From: Bacteroidales bacterium
GTDB taxonomy: Bacteria > Bacteroidota > Bacteroidia > Bacteroidales > WCHB1-69
Length of the DNA: 43,186 nucleotides
Direction: 5' to 3'
NCBI GenBank assembly: GCA_045639985.1
Contig: JAZUEE010000273.1
Span: 1 to 43,186 of the forward strand
Shown here: positions 17,598 to 26,498 of the stretch, piece after piece
How positions within the stretch are numbered: the stretch's first letter is position 1
Layout: each line of letters starts with the position of its first letter
Notes under the pieces: model-generated
The model's database searches: none
What the model was told of the DNA's origin: nothing
What the model saw: only the letters and a program-made list of their open reading frames with translations
Program-made: the position numbers and the translations under genes

Positions 17598-18851
17598 ATG
17601 GCAATATTAGTTAAAAACATCAAGCAATTAGTGCAGACTGAAACAAAGTCTGTAAAATGGCGTGCCGGCAAAGACATGCAGACACTTCCCATCATTGAAA
17701 ACGCCTTCCTTTTGGTAGAAGGAGAAAAAATCAAAGACTTCGGCCGTATGGAAGATCTTACGCCAGAGGTGCTCGGAAAGGTCAAAGAGCATATCGAGGA
17801 GATTGACGCCACGGGCAAAATGGTGTTTCCATCCTTCTGCGATTCACACACGCACATCGTGTATGCGGGCAGTCGCGAAGTGGAATATATTGACAAAATC
17901 AAGGGCTTAAGCTACGAAGAGATTGCCAAGCGCGGCGGCGGCATCTTGAATTCCGTAAAAAGACTTCACGAGACTTCTGAAGACGAGCTGTTTGACCAGG
18001 CCTGGCAACGTCTCGAAGAGATGGCCTCTTTTGGCACCGGCGCCTGCGAAATCAAAAGTGGCTACGGTTTGAGTACCGAAGATGAACTGAAGATGCTGCG
18101 CGTCATCCGCCGTCTCAAGGAGAAATCCCCGATGACCATCAAAGCCAACTTCTTAGGTGCGCACGCCGTTCCAATGGAATACAAGCAGAATCCCGACGAA
18201 TATGTGGACCTCATCATCAACGAGATGATTCCAATGGTGGCCGCTGAAGACTTAGCTGATTTTGTGGATGTATTCTGCGATAAGGGATTCTTCACCTGTG
18301 AACAAACCGAACGCATGCTGATGCAAGGTATCAAATACGGTCTCCGTCCGAAAATTCACGCCAACGAGCTCGACTATTCCGGTGGCATCCAGGTGGGTGT
18401 GAAGTACAACGCCCTTTCCGTTGACCATTTGGAATACACGGGCGATGAGGAAATTGCAGCTTTGCTTGGCAGTGAGACAATGCCAACGATTCTGCCTGGT
18501 GCAGCCTTCTTCTTGGGTATGGTTTGCGCTCCCGCCCGCAAGATGATGGAAGCAGGCCTTCCGGTGGCTTTGGCCTCCGATTACAACCCCGGTTCCTGCC
18601 CGTCTGGCAATATGCAGCTGGTAGTGGCTATGGGTTCTGTGATGTACAAGATGCTGACCGAAGAGGCCATCAACGCAACTACCATTAACACAGCATACGC
18701 TATGGGCGTGCAAGAAGAGTTGGGTACCATAGCCAGGGGCAAGCGTGCCAACTTCTTCATCACCAAACCAATGGATACTATCTATTATATGAGTTACGGC
18801 TTCGGCAGCAACAAGGTGGAACAGTGCTTCCTTAACGGCAAACGCCAATAG
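17598..18851 (+). CDS. hutI: Imidazolonepropionase
   Basis: Amidohydrolase metal motif FCDSHTHIVYAGSR, IKSGYGL, HANE and ASDYNPGSCP, typical of HutI. Confidence 0.93.
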   Translation: MAILVKNIKQLVQTETKSVKWRAGKDMQTLPIIENAFLLVEGEKIKDFGRMEDLTPEVLGKVKEHIEEIDATGKMVFPSFCDSHTHIVYAGSREVEYIDKIKGLSYEEIAKRGGGILNSVKRLHETSEDELFDQAWQRLEEMASFGTGACEIKSGYGLSTEDELKMLRVIRRLKEKSPMTIKANFLGAHAVPMEYKQNPDEYVDLIINEMIPMVAAEDLADFVDVFCDKGFFTCEQTERMLMQGIKYGLRPKIHANELDYSGGIQVGVKYNALSVDHLEYTGDEEIAALLGSETMPTILPGAAFFLGMVCAPARKMMEAGLPVALASDYNPGSCPSGNMQLVVAMGSVMYKMLTEEAINATTINTAYAMGVQEELGTIARGKRANFFITKPMDTIYYMSYGFGSNKVEQCFLNGKRQ

Positions 18852-18902
18852 CAGAGAAGCGGTCGGGGTGGTAAAGATAGGTGTTTTATTTAATGAATTG
18901 TA

Positions 18903-19556
18903 CTACGATTTCCAGTTAACGCCGATATGCAGTCCTATGGTGGGCCTTAAGAGCCAATCCGCCTCGATTGGACAGTTGAAATAGTACCTGAAATAAGGCG
19001 ATACTTGGAGCGTGAAATGCGGATGGAACCAATAGTTAAATCCAATTGAGCCCTCTACCGAATAGGCGAGAATGTCACGCCAGCAATCATCCAAAGACAG
19101 TTCGCACAACGCTGGTTTGGCATTGGAAATGTTTTTTGTGTAGCTTATAATGCGCGTGAAGTTGATGCCGCAGGAAGCAAATACGGAAAAATCCTGATTG
19201 ACTCTATAATCGTACGCTATTTTGACGGGAAAATTTGCCATCAGCACTTGGTATTTGTACTCCATTTCATTCCAACGATAATGGATGTTCAAGCCGTCCA
19301 TAATAAAACCTGCCTGAAGGAGCAACAGGCCATGCGGTTCCTCTAACGAAACACCGGCGGTCATTCCCACAGTATAAGGAATTATATTTGGCTGGTAATC
19401 TGCAATCATGGCTTTCTCGAAAAACGGATAATAGGAGCCGGTGACCACCCCGATGTTCGCCCTTACAGGACAACTTTTGTCAGTATCACGTTGGGCAGTC
19501 ACCATGTCCAAAGAAAGGAACACACAAAAGATTAAAAAAAAGGATTTGTCTTTCAT
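18903..19556 (-). CDS. Hypothetical secreted protein, probably an outer membrane beta-barrel
   Basis: Signal peptide MKDKSFFLIFCVFLSLDMVTAQ, alternating beta-strand pattern, aromatic-rich C-terminus GLHIGVNWKS. Preceded by copy 3 of the RNA-like element. Confidence 0.6.
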   Translation of the reverse strand: MKDKSFFLIFCVFLSLDMVTAQRDTDKSCPVRANIGVVTGSYYPFFEKAMIADYQPNIIPYTVGMTAGVSLEEPHGLLLLQAGFIMDGLNIHYRWNEMEYKYQVLMANFPVKIAYDYRVNQDFSVFASCGINFTRIISYTKNISNAKPALCELSLDDCWRDILAYSVEGSIGFNYWFHPHFTLQVSPYFRYYFNCPIEADWLLRPTIGLHIGVNWKS

Positions 19557-19573
19557 AACGAATCATTTATTAA

Positions 19574-19665
19574 TTTTTCAGACTTCTCTTGTTCATATTT
19601 CCACCTCGCCTTCTCAAACTTTGCGAAGTCCGTTGGGCAAAGTTGGGAGCGGTCGAGGTGGCAAT
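19574..19665 (-). ncRNA. Copy 3 (most divergent) of the unnamed structured RNA-like element, 18 nt upstream of the ATG at 19556
   Basis: Minus-strand RNA: outer helix CCACCUCG/CGAGGUGG, inner helix AACUUUGC/GCAAAGUU (compensated relative to copies 1 and 2), same loop CCCAACGGACUUC and tail GGAAAUAUGAACAAGAGAAGUC. Confidence 0.5.
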
Positions 19666-19843
19666 TTAATGGTCCCTTTCTAATATGTTGTATGCTTTTA
19701 CAAAACCTTTGATTGCTCCTTTTGGTAGTTTTTTATATCTTTTATCTGATGTTTTCCCTGTTGTATAAAGTTCTACTATTGCTTTATTCGTTGTAACAAC
19801 ATGTATTTTTCAAATCAATTTGTTTCGAGGCGCAAAAAATACA

Positions 19844-19871
19844 TTTTTATTATCAAATTTGATAATAAAAA
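19844..19871. promoter_or_regulatory. 28-bp perfect palindrome TTTTTATTATCAAATTTGATAATAAAAA (candidate operator or AT-only hairpin)
   Basis: It is self-complementary over all 28 nt. It lies in a gene-free region next to an imperfect -7-like box (minus-strand TATTTTTTG, 19833-19841). Confidence 0.4.
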
Positions 19872-20066
19872 ACAATCGATTGTATGTATTGCTCTATCCC
19901 CCAACTAGGCAGCTCGTTTTTAGAATAAAGAAAATTATGGGACACAAAACCGAATAATCAACGTATCAATAATTCAAAGTATAAATGGGGTAATAGTTGA
20001 AAACCATCACTGACAAAATCACCTTGATACAGCAACTATAATATTCATATTTCAAAAAAATGCCCG

Positions 20067-20074
20067 CAAATGTA
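20067..20074 (-). promoter_or_regulatory. Orphan Bacteroidetes-type -7 box (TACATTTG) with no ORF downstream
   Basis: The reverse complement TACATTTG sits in the same GC-flanked context as the other promoters here (gcccgCAAATGTA). The nearest minus-strand CDS start is more than 500 nt away. Confidence 0.3.
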
Positions 20075-20172
20075 CAAAATTCGCCACACCCGTGCGCAAT
20101 CATTCCCAGAATTTTCCCCTCCGCCCAAACATAGCGTTTACCATTAATCATTCACCATTAACCCTTAATCCC

Positions 20173-20210
20173 AATAAGGTCCGAACCACCCTCGTGATCC
20201 GGACCTTATT
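20173..20210 (-). terminator. Hairpin downstream of gcvP (possible terminator)
   Basis: 11-bp stem AATAAGGTCCG / CGGACCTTATT with a 16-nt loop, starting 21 nt after the gcvP stop. Only a weak U-rich tail follows. Confidence 0.4.
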
Positions 20211-20230
20211 ATATAATATATTGTATCCGA

Positions 20231-23083
20231 TTATTCTTTTACAACACAGACGAGATTTCTGTCGCCGAAGGCATCGTCAATCTTGCCGACGGTCGGCCAG
20301 TACTTCTCGGTGTGTGCCATCGGGAAGGCAGCCTGCTGACGAGTGTATGGACGTGTCCATTCGTCAGCGCAAACCACATTCATAGTGTGCGGAGCGTTCT
20401 TGATGACGTTGCATTCGCGGTCAGCACGACCTTCTTCGATATCGCGGATTTCCTGACGGATGGAAATCATAGCGTCACAGAAGCGGTCGAGTTCGCTCAA
20501 TGGTTCGCTTTCGGTCGGTTCAACCATCAAAGTGCCGTGGACAGGGAATGCCACTGTAGGAGCGTGGAAGCCATAGTCCATCAAACGTTTGGCGATGTCA
20601 CCAACTTGTACGCCGGCGCTGCGGTCGAACTCGTTGCAGTCCAAAATCATTTCGTGAGCGCACATACCATTAGTGCCAGTATAGAGAATCTTGTAATGGC
20701 CTTCCAATCTTGCACGCATATAGTTAGCATTCAAAATAGCGTGTTCAGTAACTTGTTTCAAGCCTGCGCCGCCGAGCATTTTGAGGTAACCGTAGGTGAT
20801 AGGAAGCAGATAAGCACTACCGTAAGGAGCAGAAGCCACTTGGCTACCCTGCTTGCCACCGACAGTGACCATAGCGTGTTTCGGCAAGAAATCAACGAGT
20901 TTTTCACAAACACCAATCGGGCCGACACCAGGACCGCCACCGCCGTGAGGCATTGCGAAGGTCTTGTGCAAGTTGAGGTGACAAACATCAGCACCCATAT
21001 TGCCCGGAGAGGTCAAACCGACCTGTGCATTCATATTGGCGCCATCCATATAGACGAGGCCGCCGTTTTCGTGGATGATTTTGATAATTTCGAGAATACC
21101 TTCTTCGAATACACCGTGTGTAGAAGGATAGGTAATCATCAAGCAGGAAAGGTTGTCGCGATATTGTTCAGCCTTTGCGCGCAAGTCTTCGATATCGACT
21201 TCGCCGTGTTCAGTAGCTTTCACCACCACAATCTTGTTGCCGGCTTTGGCAGAAGATGCAGGGTTGGTACCGTGAGCGGAAGAAGGAATCAGGCAGATGT
21301 TGCGGTGGCCTTCGCCACGGCTGACGTGATAGTTGCGAATCACTGTCATACCGGCATATTCGCCAGCAGCACCGGAGTTCGGTTGCAGAGAAATCGCCTT
21401 AAATCCTGTAATTTTGCAGAGCCATTCGCAAACTTCGTTAATCATCTCGATGAAACCTTGAGCCTGGTCAGCGGGAGCATACGGATGGACGTTGCAGGTT
21501 TCTGCCCAGCTCAGCGGGAGCATTTCAGCGGCAGCGTTCAACTTCATCGTACAGGAACCCAGCGGAATCATAGCGCGGTTGAGGGAAAGGTCTTTCACTT
21601 CAAGCATCTTCATATAGCGCATCATCTCAGTTTCAGAATGATATTTGCTGAAAATGCTTTCCGTCATAAAGGCGGAAGTACGTGCCAAAGCAGCGGGGAT
21701 GCGGAGTTTTGCATCGCATTTGCCGTCGCACACGTGCGGAGTGAACGGTTTGTTGGCAGCTGTAGCGAGGATTTCGAGGATGAGGTTGAGGTCGTCGTGT
21801 GTGACGGTTTCATCCAAGGCGATGCTCATGCAGCTATCGCACCAGTATTGGAAGTTGACTTTCTTTTCGAGAGCCACTTTCTGTACGTCTTTGGTAGTGA
21901 TACCGGCAGGGACTTCCATACAAACGGTGTCAAAGAAATCGGTAGTTGGTTTGTAACCGTATTTGGAAGCTTCGTCAGCGAGGACGCCGGCGAGGACGTT
22001 TATCTTGACAGCTTTGTTTTTGATACCTTCTGCGCCGTGCCACATAGCATAGAAACCAGCCATAATAGCGGTCAGTGCGCTGGCGGTACAGATATTGGAA
22101 GTTGCGCGTTCGCGTTTGATGTGCTGCTCGCGGGTTTGGAGAGCCATACGGACGGCACGGTTGCCTTGAGCATCAACGGTAACACCGATGATACGACCCG
22201 GCATTTGGCGGAGGAATTCCTCACGGCAAGCGTAGAAACCAGCGGCTGGGCTACCAAAACCCATAGGAATACCGAAGCGTTGGGTGGAACCGGTAACGCA
22301 GTCAGCGCCCCATTCTCCCGGAGGAGTGAGTAATGTCAAAGCGAAGAGGTCGGTAGCTACACCCACGAAGATGTTGAGAGCGTGTGCCTTTTCAACAAAA
22401 GCGCGAAAATCGTGGATTTCACCGTGCTGATTCGGATATTGAATCATCGCACCGAAGAATGTGTTGTCGAGTTCAACTTCATCAGCATTGCCGATGACAA
22501 GTTCGATACCTTGTGGAGCCGCATTGGTTTGCATAACACCGATGCAGTGTTCGAAAACATCTTCAGAAACGAAATATTTGCAAACATTGTTTTTCTGTTG
22601 TTCGCGGCTACGGCTGCGGAAGAACATCAGCATCATTTCACCGGCAGCGGTAGCGTCATCCAGCATAGACGCATTAGCCAGCGGCATAGCGGTCAAACTG
22701 CTAATCATCGTTTGATAGTTCAACAGGGCTTCGATACGACCTTGGGAAATTTCAGCTTGGTACGGAGTATAGGATGTGTACCAACCGGGGTTTTCAAAAA
22801 TGTTTCTCAAAATAACGGCGGGCGTGAAGGTGTTGTAGTGACCCATACCGATATAGGATTTGTATATTTTGTTCTTGGCCATCAAACCGTGAATAACATT
22901 CAGGTATTCGCCTTCGGTCAATCCTTCTGGAAGATCCAATGCCTTCGGCAGGCGGATGGCTGCCGGTACGGTTTTTTCAATCAATTCGTCCATTGTTTTA
23001 ACGCCGATGGTGGTCAACATTTTCTGTTGTTCCTCAGCGCTCGGACCATTATGTCTGCTGACAAAGTTATCTTTTACTATCAT
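20231..23083 (-). CDS. gcvP: Glycine dehydrogenase (decarboxylating), glycine cleavage system P protein, single-chain form
   Basis: 950 aa. FVSRHNGP N-terminus, YTPYQAEISQGRIEALLNYQTM, and the PLP-lysine region CHLNLHKTFAMPHGGGGPG. Confidence 0.98.
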   Translation of the reverse strand: MIVKDNFVSRHNGPSAEEQQKMLTTIGVKTMDELIEKTVPAAIRLPKALDLPEGLTEGEYLNVIHGLMAKNKIYKSYIGMGHYNTFTPAVILRNIFENPGWYTSYTPYQAEISQGRIEALLNYQTMISSLTAMPLANASMLDDATAAGEMMLMFFRSRSREQQKNNVCKYFVSEDVFEHCIGVMQTNAAPQGIELVIGNADEVELDNTFFGAMIQYPNQHGEIHDFRAFVEKAHALNIFVGVATDLFALTLLTPPGEWGADCVTGSTQRFGIPMGFGSPAAGFYACREEFLRQMPGRIIGVTVDAQGNRAVRMALQTREQHIKRERATSNICTASALTAIMAGFYAMWHGAEGIKNKAVKINVLAGVLADEASKYGYKPTTDFFDTVCMEVPAGITTKDVQKVALEKKVNFQYWCDSCMSIALDETVTHDDLNLILEILATAANKPFTPHVCDGKCDAKLRIPAALARTSAFMTESIFSKYHSETEMMRYMKMLEVKDLSLNRAMIPLGSCTMKLNAAAEMLPLSWAETCNVHPYAPADQAQGFIEMINEVCEWLCKITGFKAISLQPNSGAAGEYAGMTVIRNYHVSRGEGHRNICLIPSSAHGTNPASSAKAGNKIVVVKATEHGEVDIEDLRAKAEQYRDNLSCLMITYPSTHGVFEEGILEIIKIIHENGGLVYMDGANMNAQVGLTSPGNMGADVCHLNLHKTFAMPHGGGGPGVGPIGVCEKLVDFLPKHAMVTVGGKQGSQVASAPYGSAYLLPITYGYLKMLGGAGLKQVTEHAILNANYMRARLEGHYKILYTGTNGMCAHEMILDCNEFDRSAGVQVGDIAKRLMDYGFHAPTVAFPVHGTLMVEPTESEPLSELDRFCDAMISIRQEIRDIEEGRADRECNVIKNAPHTMNVVCADEWTRPYTRQQAAFPMAHTEKYWPTVGKIDDAFGDRNLVCVVKE

Positions 23084-23133
23084 ATTGATTATAAATTAGT
23101 TATTGATAAATATTATTTTTCAAACAGAGGCGG

Positions 23134-23141
23134 CAAACTTA
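23134..23141 (-). promoter_or_regulatory. Bacteroidetes-type -7 box (TAAGTTTG) for gcvP
   Basis: The reverse complement TAAGTTTG lies 50 nt upstream of the ATG at 23083. Confidence 0.4.
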
Positions 23142-23284
23142 CATAAAAAATTCAATCTTTATGCTATAGGATGAAAATTAAACAATCCATGGATATTATA
23201 GAAATTAGCTATTATACATTTACAAACATCAACTGCACGATATTGTCATTTACAAATGCGATGAATCAGACCTGTATTAAATTC

Positions 23285-23292
23285 TATTTTTG
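23285..23292 (+). promoter_or_regulatory. Bacteroidetes-type -7 box (TATTTTTG) for the flavin reductase-rubredoxin gene
   Basis: It lies 22 nt upstream of the ATG at 23315, which supports the shorter start. Confidence 0.45.
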
Positions 23293-23314
23293 CGGACGAA
23301 AAAAACAACACATT

Positions 23315-24031
23315 ATGGACACTAAAGCATTTTATCAACTCAGTTACGGCGTATATATCATTGCCTCCGGCTGCGCCGATGAAAAAAACGCATTTGTGGC
23401 AAACACAGCCATTCAGGTCACTTCCGATCCGACACAGATTGCCGTTGCCTGCAACAAAAACAACCACACGGCAAAGTTCATTGAAGTTTTCAAGAACTTT
23501 TCCGTTTCAATCGTAAAACAGGATTTCTCACCATCTGTTTTAAACAACTACGGTTTTCACTCAGGTCGCGACATCAACAAATTTGAAAAATCCAACTACA
23601 TTTTGGGAAAGCACACCAATGTCCCTATTGTACTCGATGATGCCGTGGCTTGGTTCGAGTGCAAATTGGCACAGCAAGTTGACGTTGGCAGCCACATTTT
23701 ATTTATCGGACAAGTAGTAGATGCCGTTTCCCTATCTAGCGAGAAACCGCTGACCTACTCCTACTATCATGAAGTTAAAGGAGGGAAAACTCCTAAGAAC
23801 GCCCCACATGGTGTTTCACAGGAGGAGAATCCTAAAAACAACAATTATAACAATCAAAAATCAAGTATTATGAAAAATTATGTATGTAAAATTTGCGGGT
23901 ACATTTATAACCCTACCATTGGCGACCCCGACGGGGGAATTGAACCGGGAACTCCGTTTGAAGACATTCCTGACGATTGGACTTGTCCGATGTGCGGGGT
24001 TACAAAAGCCGATTTCGAACCTGAAATCTAA
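23315..24031 (+). CDS. Flavin reductase-like domain fused to a C-terminal rubredoxin (high-molecular-weight rubredoxin type)
   Basis: N-terminal FMN-binding split-barrel pattern ([10 protein letters not shown]...[15 protein letters not shown]...[11 protein letters not shown]). C-terminal [12 protein letters not shown]...[10 protein letters not shown] carries the two CxxCG rubredoxin knuckles. Confidence 0.85.
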   Translation: MDTKAFYQLSYGVYIIASGCADEKNAFVANTAIQVTSDPTQIAVACNKNNHTAKFIEVFKNFSVSIVKQDFSPSVLNNYGFHSGRDINKFEKSNYILGKHTNVPIVLDDAVAWFECKLAQQVDVGSHILFIGQVVDAVSLSSEKPLTYSYYHEVKGGKTPKNAPHGVSQEENPKNNNYNNQKSSIMKNYVCKICGYIYNPTIGDPDGGIEPGTPFEDIPDDWTCPMCGVTKADFEPEI

Positions 24032-24041
24032 TCACACAAGC

Positions 24042-24076
24042 ACACCGACCGCCAAGTTGCTGTCGGTGTTGTTTTA
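24042..24076 (+). terminator. Putative intrinsic terminator after the flavin reductase-rubredoxin gene
   Basis: Stem ACACCGAC / GTCGGTGT (8 bp, 12-nt loop) followed by TGTTTTAT. Confidence 0.5.
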
Positions 24077-24102
24077 TGTATCACACATTCGGCTTTTTTA
24101 TG

Positions 24103-24110
24103 TATTTTTG
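24103..24110 (+). promoter_or_regulatory. Bacteroidetes-type -7 box (TATTTTTG) for the ptb-cdaA-rubrerythrin run
   Basis: It lies 37 nt upstream of the ATG at 24148. Confidence 0.45.
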
Positions 24111-24147
24111 CCGTCTCGTAAAAAACACAAACACAAAATTTAACAAT

Positions 24148-25050
24148 ATGAGTATCACAAAATTAGACCAATTAGTAGAAGCTGTCAAGCTCAAACCCAA
24201 AAAAAGATTAGTAGCCGCCAATGCCAATGACGCACACACCATCGAAGCTGTTAGCGCAGCCGTTGATTTAGGCATTATCGATGCTACTTTAGTAGGCGAC
24301 ACCGCCGCTATTGAAAAGGTTTGCCAAGATCTTAACATTGACATCAAAAAGTTCAAAATCGTCCACGAAACAGTGGATACCAAAGCAGCTGCTACCGCTT
24401 GCGTTCTTATCAACAATGGCGAAGGCGACATTTTGATGAAGGGTCTTCTCCCAACCGACAAGTACATGCGTGCCATCTTGAACAAAGACGCTGGCCTTTG
24501 TCCACCTAAAGCCACCCTCACACACATCACCGTTATTGAGAACCCGGCATATCACAAATTGCTCACCGTTGGTGACGTAGCTGTTATCCCGGCTCCAGAT
24601 TACAAACAAAAGTCCGTCATCATGAAATATTTGATTCAGACAGCTCAAACACTTCAAATCGAAAAGCCGAAGGTTGCCTTGATTTGCTGCTCTGAACAGA
24701 TGTTGACCGGCATTCCTGCCAATGTTGACGCCGCCCTCCTTGCTAAAGATGCCGAACGTTCCAACATGAAAGCATACGTAGAAGGACCGATTTCATTAGA
24801 CCTCGCCATAGATAAAGAGTGTGCTGAGATCAAGAAATTCCGTAACGAAGTGGCTGGAGATGCCGACTGTCTGTTGTTCCCGAACATCGAAACCGGCAAT
24901 GTTTTCTACAAATGCTGTACGAAATTCAACCATGCCGAACTCGGCGCTTGCCTGATGGGTGCAAAAGTTCCTTGCGTGCTTTCTTCCCGTGGTGACTCTG
25001 CCAAAACAAAAATGTATTCCATCGCATTGGCTGCTTCATTGGCAAAATAA
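24148..25050 (+). CDS. ptb: Phosphate acyltransferase of the Pta/Ptb family (phosphate butyryltransferase-like)
   Basis: ~300 aa. RLVAANANDAHTIEAVSAAVDLGIIDATLVGD, ILMKGLLPT, and C-terminal GAKVPCVLSSRGDSAKTKMYSIALA, typical of Ptb-type enzymes. There is no adjacent butyrate kinase gene. Confidence 0.8.
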   Translation: MSITKLDQLVEAVKLKPKKRLVAANANDAHTIEAVSAAVDLGIIDATLVGDTAAIEKVCQDLNIDIKKFKIVHETVDTKAAATACVLINNGEGDILMKGLLPTDKYMRAILNKDAGLCPPKATLTHITVIENPAYHKLLTVGDVAVIPAPDYKQKSVIMKYLIQTAQTLQIEKPKVALICCSEQMLTGIPANVDAALLAKDAERSNMKAYVEGPISLDLAIDKECAEIKKFRNEVAGDADCLLFPNIETGNVFYKCCTKFNHAELGACLMGAKVPCVLSSRGDSAKTKMYSIALAASLAK

Positions 25051-25059
25051 TATAGCTGT

Positions 25060-25863
25060 ATGGGAATCTTAGGGTCCTTGAATTTCGTCAATTTCCGCAT
25101 CATCGATGTTATCGACATCCTGATTGTCGCCATCCTGTTGTTTGAGTTATACAAACTCACCAAGGGCACGGCGGCTGTCAAGTTGTTCTGGGTTATTGCC
25201 ATCATCTATGTGATATGGAAAGTAGTGGCCTACTTCCATTTCACGTTGCTATCGGCACTTTTAGGGAAAGTCATCAATGTGGGTATTTTAGCCATCATTA
25301 TCCTTTTCCAGCCAGAAATCCGAAAATTCCTGCTTTTCATTGGAGACGGACAATTTCTTCGTTTTTTCAGCGAAAAATTCGTCAAACAAAGTAATGCCAG
25401 CGAATTTTCCGAAGAGGTAAATGCCGTACGCGATGCATGTCACAACATGGCGAAGTCAAAAACCGGCGCACTCATCATTTTTGCCCGAGAAACTCCTTTG
25501 GACGAATATCTGACGACAGGGGAAATATTGGATGCAAAACCATCTTCCGAGCTTTTGGAGAACATCTTTTTCAAGAACAGTCCGTTGCATGACGGAGCTG
25601 TTATCATCAAAGACCACCGAATTGCTGCCGCGCGCTGCATTCTTCCCGTGTCTAAGAACAAAGACCTTCCTCAAGAAGTTGGTTTGCGACACCGCTCGGC
25701 CTTAGGTTCTACGGAAATGACAGATGCCATCGCCGTTATTGTTTCCGAACAAACAGGTACTATTTCCATTTGTCAAGAGGGCAAAATGACCCGCGACATT
25801 TCATCCACCTCACTCCGACAAATACTATTAAACGAATTAACGAACAAAGAACAACATTTATAA
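25060..25863 (+). CDS. cdaA: Diadenylate cyclase CdaA (membrane-anchored, DisA_N/DAC domain)
   Basis: Three N-terminal TM segments, then DAC motifs TGALIIFARETPL, SPLHDGAVII, GLRHRSALGSTEMTDAIAVIVSEQTGTISI. Confidence 0.9.
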   Translation: MGILGSLNFVNFRIIDVIDILIVAILLFELYKLTKGTAAVKLFWVIAIIYVIWKVVAYFHFTLLSALLGKVINVGILAIIILFQPEIRKFLLFIGDGQFLRFFSEKFVKQSNASEFSEEVNAVRDACHNMAKSKTGALIIFARETPLDEYLTTGEILDAKPSSELLENIFFKNSPLHDGAVIIKDHRIAAARCILPVSKNKDLPQEVGLRHRSALGSTEMTDAIAVIVSEQTGTISICQEGKMTRDISSTSLRQILLNELTNKEQHL

Positions 25864-25875
25864 AATACTACTATT

Positions 25876-26424
25876 ATGAAGAAATACGTATGCAAAGTTT
25901 GCGGTTTCGTCTATGAAGGCGAAGAGCCCCCTGTTAAATGTCCACAATGCGGTCAACCCGCTGAAAAATTCGAAGAAGTTAAAGACAATAGCGAACTCAC
26001 TTTCGCTACCGAACATGTCATTGGCGTAGCCAAAACTTCTGATGAAGAAATGATTAAAGACCTCAACGCTCATTTCATGGGTGAAGCTACAGAAGTAGGG
26101 ATGTATCTTGCCATGAGCCGTCAAGCCGATCGTGAAGGTTATCCCGAAGTGGCAGAAGCTTTCAAACGCTATGCTTTCGAAGAAGCAGAACACTGCGCTA
26201 AATTCGCCGAGCTTCTCGGTGACGTGGTTTGGGACACCAAAACCAACCTCGAAAAACGTATGATGGCCGAAAGCGGTGCCTGTGCCGACAAAATGCGTAT
26301 AGCCAAACGCGCCAAAGAAATGAATTGGGATGCCATCCACGACACTGTTCACGAAATGGCCAAAGACGAAGCTCGCCACGGACAAGGATTCCAAGGCCTG
26401 TTTAACCGCTATTTCAAAAAATAA
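25876..26424 (+). CDS. rbr: Rubrerythrin with an N-terminal rubredoxin-like Cys4 domain (reverse rubrerythrin arrangement)
   Basis: N-terminal [23 protein letters not shown], followed by a ferritin-like four-helix bundle with E..E..H-type ligand pairs ([18 protein letters not shown]). Confidence 0.88.
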   Translation: MKKYVCKVCGFVYEGEEPPVKCPQCGQPAEKFEEVKDNSELTFATEHVIGVAKTSDEEMIKDLNAHFMGEATEVGMYLAMSRQADREGYPEVAEAFKRYAFEEAEHCAKFAELLGDVVWDTKTNLEKRMMAESGACADKMRIAKRAKEMNWDAIHDTVHEMAKDEARHGQGFQGLFNRYFKK

Positions 26425-26445
26425 TTTCTGATTATTTATATCTCC

Positions 26446-26478
26446 AGAGACGCACCAATTGGTGCCTCTCTATTTTTT
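26446..26478 (+). terminator. Intrinsic terminator after rubrerythrin
   Basis: Stem AGAGACGCACC / GGTGCCTCTCT (one mismatch), loop AATT, followed by ATTTTTT. Confidence 0.6.
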
Positions 26479-26498
26479 AATATCACAAAATATTTTCT

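Noticed and set aside
19966-20151. 61-aa minus-strand ORF in the gene-free region
   Set aside because: It starts upstream of the only promoter-like box, and its Cys/Tyr-rich odd composition carries no signal or motif. The region is more plausibly non-coding.
20312-22333. 673-aa plus-strand ORF (plus 22382-23146, 254 aa) lying entirely inside gcvP
   Set aside because: It is antisense to a full-length, unmistakable glycine dehydrogenase. Its composition (rich in H, F, V, S, T, with no recognisable motifs) is typical of the stop-free antisense frame of a codon-biased gene.
23084-23314. Looked for a glycine riboswitch in the gcvP leader, and for a purine riboswitch or T-box near purC at 13460-13540
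   Set aside because: The gcvP leader is short, AT-rich and has no tandem aptamer-like helices. The purC leader is only about 25 nt after the -7 box. I see nothing resembling these riboswitch cores.
25858-26394. 178-aa minus-strand ORF overlapping rubrerythrin
   Set aside because: It is antisense to a gene with clear rubrerythrin motifs. Its F/H/G-rich low-complexity translation has no signal or domain pattern.
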